From Lama glama (Eukaryota), in contig CM052841.1 of NCBI GenBank assembly GCA_028534125.1, forward strand, positions 24,428,001-24,492,000: a DNA stretch of 64,000 nucleotides, given 5' to 3'. Under the pieces are notes generated by a model. It worked only from the letters and a program-made list of their open reading frames with translations, was not told the DNA's origin and made no database searches. The stretch's first letter is position 1; each line of letters begins with the position of its first letter. This document shows positions 27,340 to 40,876 of the stretch, piece by piece. A program made the translations under genes and the position numbers.

Positions 27340-27760
27340 TATAGTAGACTGTTGCATTAATGGTCCCTGAAGAAAACACACCACTCCCTAGGATAGTCCC
27401 CTCCCACACTGAATCTGAGCTTGGCCATGTGAGTTGGTTTTGACCAGTGAACATGAGCAAACACAATGCAAACAGAGGTCTGATAAGTGCTTGTGCGCTG
27501 CAGCTTTCTGTCTTGGAAAACCACCACATGGGGAAGCCCAGTCCAGACTCCTTGAGGATGAAAGCTCCTAGAGAAAGAAGCCCAGATGTCCCAGCCTTCC
27601 CAGTGGAGCCCAAACACCTAGTGGACTTCCCAGCTGATTGCAGCCACAGAAGAACCCAGGTGGGACCAACAGAAGAACTACCCAGGCCTGCCACAGAATC
27701 ATAAAAAGTAATTGCTGTTTAAGCCAAAGTGCTGGTTGTTTTGTCATGCAGCAACATATG
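27340..27760 (+). mobile_element. MaLR solo LTR (MLT1F/G/H-like)
   Basis: CCCCTCCCACACTGAATCTGAGCTTGGCCATGTGA...TTGCTGTTTAAGCCA...GCAGCAA. Confidence 0.75.
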
Positions 27761-28029
27761 CCTTATTTCCAAGGCCTTTCTCTGACTCTGTCATGGAAAA
27801 ATTCCATTTTAGTCCTGAAGGTGTCCAGTCAGCTCTTCAAGCTGCTATGCTAAGGTCTAGTTTACAAGAAGGAAGAGCATGGGCTCTGGCATCAAGGCCT
27901 CGTTGGCTACAGGGCCTTGGACCATAGACTTAACCTCTCCTTACATCAGTTTTCTGTCATAGAGCAGCATTTCTCAAAATGTGGTCCACTCCTATCAGAA
28001 TTACCAGGGGTTTTTGTCAAGAAATAGAC

Positions 28030-28490
28030 TTAAGTGGCTATTTTTATGATAGCCAAAAACTGGAAACAATGTCAATATCCACCACCTGGGGAAAGCCTGT
28101 GATACATTCATACAATGGAATACTAGTCAGCACTAAAAAGGGCAGAGCTACCGATACACTAACATGGTTCAGCCTCTCAGATGCTGTTTTCAGCCTGCCC
28201 CAGAAGAATACATATTGCATGGTTCTACTTGTTTTAAGTCTCAGAACAGGCACTACTGATTTGTGATCATCAGACAAAACAAATTAATGAAATTAGAGCT
28301 GAGATCACCTGAGTGGGAAGCAGGAAGTACTGACTGGGAAGAGGCATGAGGGAACTTACTGGCATGATGGAAATGTTCTGTATCTTGATTTCGGTGTATG
28401 TTACACAAGTGCATGCCACTGTCAAAACATCAAACTAAAAACCCCAAATCTGTACATTTTTATGTGAAAATTATACCTCAATTTTAAAAA
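28030..28490 (+). mobile_element. L1MD/ME-like 3' end
   Basis: ATAGCCAAAAACTGGAAACAA...GATGGAAATGTTCTGTATCTTGAT...TTATACCTCAATTTTAAAAA. Confidence 0.75.
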
Positions 28491-28559
28491 GATTGCAGAA
28501 ATCACACAGATTTGGGCCCGCTCTGTGGGCTGGATAAAAAAGCTAAAGCTAAATTGGCT

Positions 28560-29030
28560 TTCTCAAACTCCTATTTCACCTACTACGTGGAGAAGTTAGA
28601 AAGCTGTATGCTCACAGGTATGCTCGCAGCTAGGCTTCTGAGTGTGAATTGATTCTGCCAGTTTGGTGTGTTCAGGAGAGATGTGGAAAGTGGAACAAGG
28701 CAATTCCACTTTGCCATCTTTCCATGGAGCTTCAGGCCAATACGTGGGCTCTGACATATGGGAGTGCTGACAGACTCCACAATCCACAGTGGGTGGGTGG
28801 GTGGCAGTGACAACTGTGACAGCCTAACAGGCAACAGTGGCAGACTGACAGGTCACCAAAACTCTGGATCTCAGCTGCAGTCCAATGACCTTGAGACCAA
28901 AAGCCAAGCGCCTTCCTCTCCTTTCCAGCTCTTCCAGTGATTTTGTAAGCACCTCATTCCTTGTTCTAAATCCATTTTTGCCTGAAATACCTGGAGTAGT
29001 GTCTGATTCCTGCACTGAACTCTAATACAG
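28560..29030 (+). mobile_element. ERVL-type LTR (LTR67B-like, tentative)
   Basis: 3' terminus TTGTAAGCACCT...AAATACCTGGAGTAGTGTCTGATTCCTGCACTGAACTCTAATACA. Confidence 0.55.
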
Positions 29031-29479
29031 AGCCCCAGCCCAGAACCAATGGGGTAATGGTGGAACCTAGCGATTCTATCACAGGAAGTGATTCTGAGCC
29101 TCACGTGAGATCCTACAGTTTAAAAGAAAGCACTTGGCATAGAGTAGTCAATAAGCTGAGCATCAACTACGTTATTGGGACTGCTGGGTGAAGTCACTGA
29201 GATTATTACTGGGCAGAACGCAAGAACCCGTGAAAGCCTAGGTGCCTGGTGCAAATGCACACTCCTTTTGAAAAACGTCAACCAAACTCATTCTTTGCTG
29301 CCTAAATTGCCAAGGCTTGTGCCGCTGCCATCAGCTGAAGCCCAAAATGCTGTCTGAGCCACAGCTGTTTGGACCAGAGACTGGTGAAGGAGCCAAAGGG
29401 CACCAGACTTGGGCTGGGCAGAAGGGATGCGAATAGCCCTACAGCAGCTGGGCTGGATTTCAGCCAACCCCGCCCAACT

Positions 29480-29950
29480 GCCTTTCCCACATGGTCTCTA
29501 GCATCTGCTTTGAGCCTACTACAGTCCCTTCTCCACGGTGATTTTGAAATTTTAAATTTGCAAATCGGATCATATCACTTCCCTTCAATGGCTTCTCCTT
29601 GAATTTGGGATTAAATTACAGGCTCCTGAAAAGTTTAGCCAACAAGGCCCCTGTGATCTAGTCTACACCTGGTTTTCTGGCCTAATCTCATGCTGCTCCT
29701 TCCCTCACATCCATGCCATCCAGATTAAGTTCTGTTCTCTGTGGATTTCCCCTCGTACTTTTTCCTTAGAACCACTTTCACAACTGTAATTGAATAATTT
29801 GTAATTACTTAATACTTTCCTCCCACACTAGCAGTAAGCTCAATGAGAGTGACACTTGTGTATCTTGTCCGTTATTGTGTCTCTGGTGTCAGCCTCAGTG
29901 CCTGGCACATAGCGGGTGCTCAGTGAATATTTATAAATGAAAAAATGAAC
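29480..29950 (+). mobile_element. L2 3' end
   Basis: CAGTGCCTGGCACATAGCGGGTGCTCAGTGAATATTT...ATGAA terminus. Confidence 0.75.
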
Positions 29951-31089
29951 CAATACATGTTCATACCCTCATTGCTGAGCATGGTGACTCCTTGGAAAAG
30001 CATCATCTATGGCAACCTTAGGTCTTCGGGACAGCCCATTCAGCTCAGAACCAGTTAACCTGTTTAACCTGCAGGTTGATGATGTTCAAGATAAAAACGT
30101 AGGATTCTGGCAGTTGTGACAGGCAGGTGGCATCATCCAGGGGTCCTGGGGTTATTGGGCTGAGAGATTAGATTCAGGTGCAGTTTTTGTCTTAGCCTCA
30201 GAGTAAGAGCAGAAACTAGTCCTACTGGTTCTCGGCTTCCTTGTCCACCCTTGCAGGTGCCCTGTCTGGTACTTGTCACCCTCACCCCAGGAGGCTGCAG
30301 CTAAGAGGACTGTGTGAGACATCTGGCGCCAAAGGGTTTGGAAAAAATTAACTAGTTTCTGGTGGCACACATTATTACCACAAGTACCCATTTATCAAGA
30401 GCAGATTCAGAAAAATTAGACAAATTGTACTTTTTGTGTGATTCCACATTTCAAAGGATTTTCATTTACAAGGAAAAAGCAGCACCCAGTTTCCACCCAA
30501 AGCAAAGTCAGCTCTTAACACAGCTTGGAAGGTCCCAGAAAAATCTTTCAGCCCTTCTGAAGCTCCTCAGGTAGTAGAGTCTCATCTCCTGTGAAAACAT
30601 CCATCAGTGCCTTCCTGCAAATTCTACACATGCCTGCTCTAGACCCAGAGGAACTGCGTGAGGTTTTTGCTTTTTGTGAGAGCTACCCACCCATGACCCC
30701 ATTTACTGACTAAGACTCTGTCTGGTCTCTGGACAGGGGCAAAGAAGAATGAGACCTAATATTCTCTTCAAAGGACCAGTCACTTGACAGGATTAACAGG
30801 CTCACAGCCTGCAGCACCTCCTCCCTGTGAGGATTAGAAGAGATAGTGTACTTAGCCCAGAGCCTGGGAGATGATAGCTGCTCCAAAATGTTAGCCATTA
30901 TTATCATTACTGAGGCTGAAAATTTTGGAACCTCATCCCGTAAAATTATTTCTGGTGTTTACTTTCGTCTCAGAAGCTTTTTTTCCCTAATCTCTTAGAA
31001 TTCATAAAAATACGAAGCAAACTTGCCTCCTAGAGAAAAGGTGGAGGTAGAGGCTCCCTTTTTTGTTTGTTTTTCTCTTCTCATGCTGT

Positions 31090-31460
31090 ATGGTTTTCCT
31101 CAAAAATATTCATCACACACCTACCATTGCGAGGCATCATGCCGAACATAGGATATTACACAGTCCTGTAGCACCTGTAACTCAAGGGTAGGCACCCACT
31201 GAAGAAATTACACAAATTTTCATAACTAATAGTTCAACAGCAAAAGAAGGACTGAACAAAAGTACTATGAAAACACAAAACAGGGTACAGACCGACTTCA
31301 TTTGGGAGGTCAAGGGAATATCCCTGAGCAAGTCATGGTTGAGCAGTTTTGAAAGATGGGTAGGAATTAATTAAGCCAAGGCCTGGAATGTGAGACATGG
31401 AGGCACCACTGCAGGCCATGGGAACAGCAGGAGCAAGGATTTGGAGGAAGCAAGGAAAGT
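31090..31460 (-). mobile_element. L2 fragment
   Basis: GGGAGGTCAAGGGAATATCCCTGAGCAAGT...GGGAACAGCAGGAGCAAGG. Confidence 0.6.
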
Positions 31461-31779
31461 TTCCTTTCTGCCAGTGTTCTGTGTGTGTTTTGGGTTTGTC
31501 ATTTTTGCTTTTCTCTATAAATTAGAACCATAGGACTTATTAAGCCTAAACATGATGTTGTAGAAGATACTGGAATGGAAATTCTGGGACCTGGGTACTA
31601 GTCATTTTCTAGCTAAGTCATTATCTGGCTTCTGTGTGTAGGTATGACAGCTTGATTCTTTAATTTTTGAGGCTTCCATTTCTTCATCTGCAAAATGGGG
31701 GTCTTAGAATAAATGATCCTTAGGATGATTCTAGAGACCGCGTACACTTTTAGGAGAGTAACTGACGTATGTCAGGTAT

Positions 31780-32720
31780 TTACTGGACTTCTCCGTGTGT
31801 AACAATATGTTTCTAGGGTCTGACTTCTCCCCACCCTCCTGAGCATAACTAATTGGTTTGGGGGTAGGAATGGACTCAAGCTGGGCCAATCAGACTTTAT
31901 TTCTTGGGAATTTTAAATTAGGCTAGCTCCTGGAATGGAGGTAAAAACTGAGAGCTTGCAGAGAAACCACCTTCTTCCCACTGATTAGACTAAGCAAAAA
32001 AGGGAAGATTTCAGAGAGAGAAGAAAGAAGGTGCCTGGGCCCTGATAGCTTTCAGGTTCTTCCCTAAGGCCAGCTGTATGCCTACCCTTGAACTCCACAA
32101 GTCACTTCTATATCCTTTTAATAAATTCTCTTTTTCCTTTATGCTAGCTTGAATTATATAGTGGATCGTAACACATATCATGTTTGTCTAACAATGTGTT
32201 CCCCACCCGCCTCTTTTTTTTTATTTCCCTGGGGAACACCTCCTTCAATTTTCATGAGGTTCCAGTAGGATAAACCATCATGGATACTCCCCTCCAGGGT
32301 GAGTACATGATCCAGGGTGGCCAATCAGGGCACCCTATCTGCCTGGCCACAGTGGTCTGTTGTATGGGCACATGCCCCAAGTGAGGCCAATCAATGTCTT
32401 CCGTAGGATTGATACAGGGAGTTGGAAAGGGAAATTCTCCTTCTGCTGGGGTGGCTAAACTGAGATGATGTGTGTTTGGGACTCAGCCACTTTTTTACCT
32501 TCTTTGTGAAGAGACCCTGCCTGCAGAATGACACCCAGCAGAGACAAGCCAACCCAAGAGATGAAGAAAGACCTCGGAAACATTGAACCTGAGATTTTAT
32601 CCTGCCTAAAGCCAGATCCATTGCTAGCTTTTCCAGTTATGTAAGTCAGTAAATTTCTTTGTTTAAGGTAGCTGGAATTGGGTTTCCATCACTTGCAATC
32701 CAAACAGCCCTGACCCATAT
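31780..32720 (+). mobile_element. two adjacent old MaLR LTRs (MLT1J/K/L-like)
   Basis: Repeated GGCCAATCAG motifs and two LTR 3' termini (AATAAATTCTC...GCTAGCTTGAATT; AGTAAATTTC...CACTTGCAATCCAAA...CTGACCCATA). Confidence 0.6.
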
Positions 32721-32909
32721 AAGTTCACTTCTATTAACTTGATCACCAAAATCCTAACTAAAGGGACAATAAAAATAAATACATGGTGTTACGAAGTCTG
32801 GGAGTTAAGACAACTATCTCTATAGAATTAAAAAGACCACTATTCAGGCAGGGTCTTCCAACCCGATAAAACTTCTGGTCCACTTGCTGCAGGTCCATCA
32901 GCCTTTATT

Positions 32910-33560
32910 CTATCAGCCGAACTATGTCCCCCACAGGCAAAAAAAAAAAAAAAGTTATGTTGAAGTCCTACTCCAGTACCTCAGAATGTAACCTTATCTG
33001 GAAATATGGCCACTGCAGATATAATTGGCTAAGATGAGGTCAAATTGCAATAGGGTGGGCCCTAATCCATTATGACTGGTGTCCTTATGAGAAGATGGCC
33101 ATGTGAATACAGAAACCCAGAGAGAACACCATGTGAAGATGGAGGATTGGAGTGATGCCTCCACAAGCTGAGGAATGCCTACGGCCACCAGAGCTAGGAG
33201 AGAGGCATAGAAGGGGTTCTCCCCTCACAGCCCTCAGAAGGAACCAGATCGGCCAACACCGTGATTGTGGACTTCTAGCCTCCAGAACTGTGAGACATTA
33301 AATGTTTTTCTTTCCTTTAAAAAATTTTTTTTAAATTTCTATATAATTTTTAAAGGTTGTTTTCCATTTCCAGCTATTATGAAATACTGGCTATATTCCC
33401 TATGTTGTACAATACAGCCTTGAGCCTCTCTTATACCCAATAGTTTTATGCTTCCCATTCCCCCACGCTTATATTGCCTCTCCCTGCCTCCCACTAGCAA
33501 TAAATCAGTTATTTTAAGCCACTTAACTTGTGGTACCGTGTTACAGCAGCCCTAGCCAAG
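32910..33560 (+). mobile_element. MaLR solo LTR (MLT1C/D-like) with a nested minus-strand cetartiodactyl L1 3' end (~33320-33500)
   Basis: CCAGTACCTCAGAATGTAACCTTAT...GGACTTCTAGCCTCCAGAACTGTGAGA [insert: GGCTATATTCCCTATGTTGTACAATA] TTTTAAGCCAC...GTTACAGCAGCCCTAG. Confidence 0.8.
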
Positions 33561-36500
33561 AAATAGTCCGCAAACCATGAAGCACTGTTTGGGTGATGGT
33601 TGCAGATACAGAAGGTGCTGCACTTGCTGCCTCCCATCAGGGTTGTAATTTTTTTTTTTTAACATCAGAACAACTGTCCTTAGACCATCATCCTATTCCA
33701 CTACTCCCCCTTCACAGTCCTCCTTTCACTCTAGGGAAGCTGGAGGCCTAGATGGAAATTCTGATTAGAGAACTCATAGGCAACTCCAGTGGATCTGGGT
33801 TCAGAGTCCAGCTTCCAAGGGACTCAAGCATCTGAAGAAGAGGGCATTTGTTGACTGGCTGCAAGGTGTGAAAAGGGAGACAATGAGAACCACTTGCCTT
33901 AGCAGAGCCAGCAGCAAGCCAGGCACCCACAGCTGGCACCAGAGACCCTGTTCCCAGCCTTTGTCTGGGCAGTGTGTGTGGTAACCATCCTGGAGAACAT
34001 GGGACTCATCCTTCTCTATTCCCAACAGCCAGTCCCACGCCCCAGCTTGCTGAGGTTGGCCACCCCAGGGCCTGGGAAAGGGAGGGGAGAGGTGAGCTAG
34101 ACAAGAAGTGAAGCAAGTACAAAACCTGCCATCTCTGTCCCTCGGAGAGACACACAGGAGAGGAGACTGAGCTTGGACATCTGTTCTCTGCAACAAAGTA
34201 AAAGAATATGGAGAGCAGTGGTGCATCACCACTGAGGATGGAAGGCACCCATGCTGAGAGCCACACAGTTCCACTGGAAGTGGAGTCTCAAAGAGCTAGA
34301 GAGAGATTCAGAAGATGAGCTGGTATTTGTTACTCAAATATTTCTCCTCTAGTTTTTCTTCTGAAAAGACCATAGTCTCCTCCCTCATTTGCTAACTCCT
34401 CACTCTACCTATTGGAAGGACCTCCCCACCTGGACACCACAGGCCCTCCAGTCAACTGTGGGAGCAGCTTCTGAGTGCATTTTCACGCCTCATCAAAGGA
34501 TGGGAGCATGGAGGGGAGAGGGTGGGGAAATACTTTCCTACTGAAAAAGAATAACCTGAAGATCAACAAGGAGCAAGTTGTGGCTTTAGAAAAAAATCTC
34601 CTCCTAGGAGATGTCAGATACTTGATTCCAGCAACGGCTCCATTAAATTGGCATTTACTGATTTCGTGTTCAAGTGAGGTCAGCTCCAAGAAGTAGATCA
34701 AGCTGTTCTTGTCCCTTAGTCCAGACGGGTTTGGGTGACCGAGATTCCACAGGCTGTAAGTGAATCCAGGTCAGGCTTCTCTGCAAATGTGAGCTTCCAC
34801 CAGGCACTGCCTGTGACCTGCGGCCCCAGTCTCCCCTTCCCTGACCCCATCCCACAACCACCCATGCCTCAGGGCCCCGTCCAGCCTCCACTGGTCTCTT
34901 CACTCACCTGTGAGCCCAATCTGAGTCCTCAGCTTTTTGGAAATCTCTGGGTATCTAGGTGTAGGGGAGATGAGGGAGCTATGGGATAGGATCACACCAC
35001 TTCAAGTTCTTCACCAGCTTGAGAAAGGTTGGCATCTCCAAGGCCACCAAAGAGGGAAATTATCTTGGAGGGGAAAAATAAAATACTTTCTTGTTTTTTT
35101 GTTTTTTTGTTTTTTTTGCAGGGGGGACATTGTCTGCAGTTTTGGATATACTACCTAAAAGTATGTCAAATCATGAAGGTGTAATTATCTTTAAAGACAA
35201 CCCACTCACACACCATACCATGCACTAGCATTGCTGTAGTCCCAGTGGAAATTTAATCAAAAGACCCCTGAGGGACAGAGTTTTTGGCCAGCTGCCCTGT
35301 CCCCAGCTTGCTTCCACACTCCTGTGCCCCACCTCCACCCATCTGGGCATCTCCTTCTAGCACCCACCCCTTGAAAGTTTAGAGTTTCATCTTACTCCAG
35401 GTACCTCTCTTTTGCAGTTCTCTGAAGGGTTTGCTTATTTGATAAGAGGAAATGGGGGGAAATGACTTAGTTTTATCCCCCTTTACCATCTCTTTCTTGT
35501 AGACTTAATCAGAAAAAACTCAGTGGTCCAGAACTACCAGCATCCTTAGATGTACCAATGATTCAAAAGGGTACATCCAAGGCCACTGCCAATCTGGACA
35601 CTACAGATTTCACTTGGTACAAGAGAAGAAAGATGAAGTAAAGGTGGGGATAGACATAGGACCTTTGGGGAAGCAATCAGCAGAGGGAGAGAAGAGCAAA
35701 AAGGAAAGTCCCAAGTATAGCTGAGGCCACCAGACATTCTCAGGCAATGGCATGAAAGGCTTCTCTGCTTATGCAAATAAATAGCATCTTCTTCAAAGTA
35801 ATTTATTTCAAGAGAAAATAAATACTTCCTCAAAGTAATCTTATTTCAAGAGAAGCTGTGTGTTATAAATATTCAGGAAACCCTCTGCTGCCTTTAGGAT
35901 TTACACTTTTTTGTTCTAGATTTCTTCAGCAATGGCAAATCTCTATTATTTCAGGGCACATTTGATGACAGGAACAAGTCATATGGAGTGAAGCCAAGAA
36001 GCTGGGCAATTCCCTGTTAGGTGTGGCTGCCCTGCCTTAGTGATTATTTTTCTCTTACACCTTGTAACGTTGCACAGAAGGGAGGAGGCCAGGCTGGTGG
36101 GGCAGTGATTATCATGCCCATCAGCCAATAGGGTCTTGACAGTGTTAGGTCCAGTGGACCAAGTACATTGCCAAGTAGGGTCAGTGCCACTGGGAGAAAA
36201 AGTCTTTATCTTTTCAAGACCTTAACTTTTCTGGGTCTATGGCAGACACATGTTTGGGTCCTAAGTCTCCTCTCCAAACCCCAGCTCCCACCTAGTTCCC
36301 CATCAGAGGTACTTTGCCAGTCTTTGTGTTCAGGACCAAAAGGGATTGACCCAGTATCCTACTACTGCCTAGTGTCTCCTCCTAAATCACTTCAACAATA
36401 GAGAATAGATAAAGCAAAAAGTAGAAGTCTCCTCCCCAATCTCACAAGCCTAATCTACTCCTAGTAACAGCCTAGTGTGTTTCCTTCCACATGGTTTCTT

Positions 36501-37049
36501 TCTGGGGATTCTTAAGCATGCCCTTTCAACTAAATCAATTGCATATATTTTGAATGATAGAAAAAGAGTCCACTGCAGTTAGCACACTGACACACCCTCT
36601 GCAAAGCCTTAAGTGGGCTGTGATTATCCTGGGCCAGGATGGCCTAACTTCTAAGTCTGGGGGTCTCTTGGTGCAGCTACAACACACACCAACCTCAGGT
36701 CCTAGAATAACCCAGATGGGTTGTGGGCCAAGTGAGGCTGTTCTGCTGGAATGCCCAAGTAGCAGGGTCAGTGGTGCTTGCTGGTTCCAGCAGACAATGG
36801 TCTAGGGCCAGGATCTGATTTGGTCTCTTCCCTGTCCTGGCTGAGTCCTTTTGCTTTCCCATTTCCAAACCTGGTAAAGATAGAGCTGAAATAAGAGGGA
36901 GCTAGATAGTAAGATGTCCAGGAAAATAATCTATAATGTAATGGAACAGAGAAAATTGTATCAGCACTCTATTCAGGGAGCATCCTGAACATTTCTTTAG
37001 GAATATTTCGATAAGCTGCTGGGTGTTAAAGAAGACAGAAGAACATTTC

Positions 37050-37620
37050 TATAGTATATGTTTGTTGCCTTGGCCTGCTCAACCTCCATTTCCTCTCTTT
37101 TGGCACCAGAAGCAGTATTTTCCTTGGGGAACTACTTTCCCCACCTTCAGTGCACATGGTTTGGGAGCTTGACTCCCATGAGGCTTGACTCCAGCAGGCT
37201 GTAGGAGCTGGCATGTGACCCAGGCATGGTCGATCAGAGCAGCCAATCCTCTGGTTATAGTAATTGATTTCTGGCTGAGCAAAAGACTGACCCAAGTCAA
37301 TTCCATGATGTTCAACTTTTTGGGACACTGTTGGGAACTGTTAGACAGAGAAACTGTGAAAGGAGAGGATGTCAGCCAAGAACTGCCAGCCTATTGCCAT
37401 CATCAGTGGGAAGACCCTAGCAGAGAATGGAGCAGCAGAAAGAAGACAGAAGACATGGAGCCAAAGTGATGGGTCTTGATGACATCAATTGAACCCATGC
37501 ATACCCAAAGTGGGATGCTTCTCTGGACTTTACCCTTCAATGAGTCAGTACATTGCTGTTTTTGCATAAGCTTGTTTGTTTTCAGTCACATAAAAAAAGA
37601 AAAAAATCCTGACCAATATA
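37050..37620 (+). mobile_element. old MaLR LTR (MLT1J/K-like)
   Basis: GGCATGTGACCCAGGC...TCCTGACCAATA terminus. Confidence 0.6.
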
Positions 37621-39704
37621 ACTTTCAAGGAGAATGCTTGGGCAACACAATAAGATAAAGCAGGGCTTTAGTTCTGCTGAGAAGACATGTAAAACTGGTA
37701 TGCTACCTCCAGCATCCTCCTTTTCTACCCTTTCCTCATAGAAATTATTTGTTATTCCTTAAGCTCTGAATAAATACTAAACAAATATTTAAGAATACCC
37801 ATTTGAAAGGGCACCTGTTAGAGACACCTGCCTGACATGGTTCAGAGCTAATGGAACCAAAAGCTCTGTGTTCATGTTCAAGTTTCTTCACTAATCATGT
37901 GAACTTGGTTAAGTCTCATAGCTTCTCTAAGCCTAAACTTACATGTCCGTGAGGATGAAATGAAATAACATTTGTGAAATTGTTTTGAAATCCTTAAAGC
38001 AGTGAAAATTGTGAGTCATGGAAGTCTGAACACTTGCCACCTTGGAAGGCTGCTACTTTGTGGAAGAAAACATCCTGAGGGAAGAAAGCAGCACTTCTTA
38101 AAAATCTCCAAGCAAGAAGACTGAGATTGGACATTTTAGTGTCAGTAAATCAGTGATGCCAAATGAAACTTCTCTTTGAATGATGATGAACAGCTCAATA
38201 ACTGACCTGACCTCCAGTCTTCCCACTTCTCTTTCCCAACCTACCCCTTCCCCAGACACAAGCAGACAGCCAAGGTTTGGGCCAAGAAGTTCAAACCTTC
38301 CAGAACATTCAAGAATAACCACACGACCGACACAGGTAACCTACAAGAGATCACTACTTGGGACAAAATAATTGTACAATATAACAGTCAATCCAAACTT
38401 TTTAAGAAAACATGAGGACCTCTTTTAAACCCCTACATTTTTCACAGACACATCTGTTTCTACATGATAGAACTTGTTGATTGAGAAAGTACTTTATGGA
38501 ATAAGTATAAATTTAATATAATAATTTAATTTAATTAATTTAAAAATGAATTTGTATAGGACATCTGCTTGTTTTCCACATCCTTCCGCACTCTTCTTCC
38601 TCTCAGGCAAGTGGACAGGGGTTTCAAGTTTGCGTCATTATTTCCTAACCTAGGTCACACTCCAGCTCTGATTGAACCTTTGCTGCTATTCCACCTTCTG
38701 AACTCCTAAAAGACAAATGCAGGACTGCAAATAGCACCCACTCAGCTTGCCAAGAGCGGCACAAGTTTATCCCTGACGTACAGAATCAGCAGCTTTAAAA
38801 AGCACCCACGTAAATTCTACATTTTAAGGGAGGCGGCATCACAGGCAGGCCTTAGACTTGAGATTCGTCTTCATCTGTGACACTTCCTTCCAAAGGCCCC
38901 AATCACATCACACGTTGCTTGTACATATGTGTGTGTTTGTTTAAGGGAAGGTGTGGAGAGTGGGACAAAGGGGATACTTGAACTTTATTTGCCTTGGGGC
39001 TGATGGAAAATCATAGCAGTTGTACTTGAGATTCTGAATATAAGTAAATATATACACAGATAGAAATAGGTATAGAACTATAAAAACAAAATGGTGCAAA
39101 TTATTTGGAAATTAAGAGAAATACCTATCATGCTCCCATCCTAATATCTGTCATCACTTACATATATCTTCAATGCTCTTCCAGGGGTAACTCTCTACGT
39201 TGTTGTCATTTTAATTCTTGCATTCCTGGCGATGGAAAAAAAGTCTCACTCTCCCCACCACCAGCCCCACCCCGACTCCTGAATCTGTCTTTCCAGAGGT
39301 TGGGAAAGGTAGAACCATGACGGAGAACATGAACAGACATGGTACGGGGACTCCCTCTTTCCTCTAATCCGGCTCCCTACTCTTCCTCCTGGCCGACAAC
39401 CCACATGGTGCTCCCACACCCACATTTGTCACTGCCACTTCTTCTCCCTCTGTGTTATCATCTGGGTATGCTCCCCTTTCTAGTCCAAGAATACCACTGG
39501 CTAAAATGCCCAGTGTCCATATTAACTTTGGCTTTCTGGATATAGCAATCTTGCCTTTGTCAAGCAACATGTGTCAAACTGACTTAATCCTTGTCCACCC
39601 AATTCTGTACCATAACACCAGAAGACTTTAGATGGTGAAAGATGGTGGTGGGCAGGCAGTATTGTAGGATATCCTTTCAAGAATATTCAGGGAATTAGGT
39701 AATG

Positions 39705-40080
39705 CAGCCAACAGTGGACAACTGCTGTTTCTGCCTTCCCAGGGTCCATTCTCTCCTTTGTAAAAACATACAGCTTTTCCTTTGAGAATCACTTTTCTGT
39801 TTCCTCTTAATCCACACAATTTGGGTGAGGCTGACATCCCTACCACTCCAGGGATGAGAACAGGACCCAGATCTGGTCAATCAAAACATTCCAGAGTCAA
39901 CAAAGGGAGACACAATTCTGGGGGACTTTTTTTTTTTTTAAATATTGGGTAGAGAGAATCCCTCTGTCCACTAGAGTTGCTGAGAGAATTGAATATTAAA
40001 GAGGATGCCTGCTGGAGATGGGCAAGGACACCCAAGAAAGCAGAACTGAGAGCTGGGAGAGAGAGCTGATGACACAAGTT
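39705..40080 (+). mobile_element. old MaLR LTR fragment (MLT1K/L-like)
   Basis: GACCCAGATCTGGTCAATCA motif within MLT1-like sequence. Confidence 0.5.
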
Positions 40081-40862
40081 CCTCAGTTTGGTTTGGTATA
40101 CATAGCAGCTCTAGGCTCTGACAGTCCTAAGGCAGCCGCCTCTTCACTGCACCCTAACTAGATGGGTCCTGTTGGAACCTGGTGACTTCACAGAGATGCC
40201 CGTAGGCCCTCTTTTTAACTCTGTAACATTTGTCACAGGGCAGTCTGACCCCAACCTGTGTACAGGTGCCGTATCTTGTGCTCTGGTCTTCTAGCTGAGT
40301 ATATCCAAGTACCAGATGTAAAGATACACACTGACTCATGTAGACATTAACATGTTCAGTGGAAGACTGCTTTGAATCCTCACCGGGGATTTAACAGCAA
40401 AAAGAATCCTAAGCCTTTAATACTTAGTCGCTATGTTTAATAAGTCCTGTCAATGCCAAGGTGGACAGTAGCTATTTCTCATTTTATAGATGAGGTGGGG
40501 GATTTGCCCGATGCCACGTGTCTACTGACACAGCTAAGATGCAAACACAGGTCTCATTCCTAAGCATGTGTTACTTCCAGAGCTCTACTGAAGCTAAAGA
40601 AACCGAAAGCTTTCCTCACAGATGACTGAATTAATCTTTCTTTCTTTAAACAACCTTAAAGGAGTTGTTTAAAGGAGCCACCGCCACAGGGCACCCCCAC
40701 ATGTTCTCATACACACAACCCAGGGTGCCTCCCGTCTCTGCGCTCCACACACAGCTGTTGCTCAGTTTTCTTCCCTGTTAACCTATTACGGTGTACACTG
40801 GGTTCACCTCTTGAAGTTTGGTGTGGCCAAGCACCCAGGGCTGTATGAGAACGTGTCGCAGA

Positions 40863-40876
40863 GTGCCCTCTGCAGG
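40863..40876 (-). promoter_or_regulatory. candidate CTCF site
   Basis: Minus strand CCTGCAGAGGGCAC closely matches the CTCF core CCASYAGRKGGCRS in non-repeat DNA. Motif match only. Confidence 0.4.

Noticed and set aside
27278-27704. 138-aa and overlapping ORFs
   Set aside because: They lie within an MLT1 LTR and show no recognisable protein features.
33801-34274. 157-aa ORF, the longest in the window
   Set aside because: Non-ATG start, no recognisable domain or exon structure; consistent with a chance ORF in GC-richer DNA.
36020-36830. Possible ancient LTR or unclassified repeat
   Set aside because: It looks repeat-like, but I could not assign a family or termini by eye.
40644-40674. Perfect 11-bp inverted repeat with a 9-nt loop
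   Set aside because: AT-rich and short enough to arise by chance in 64 kb; too short for a pre-miRNA.
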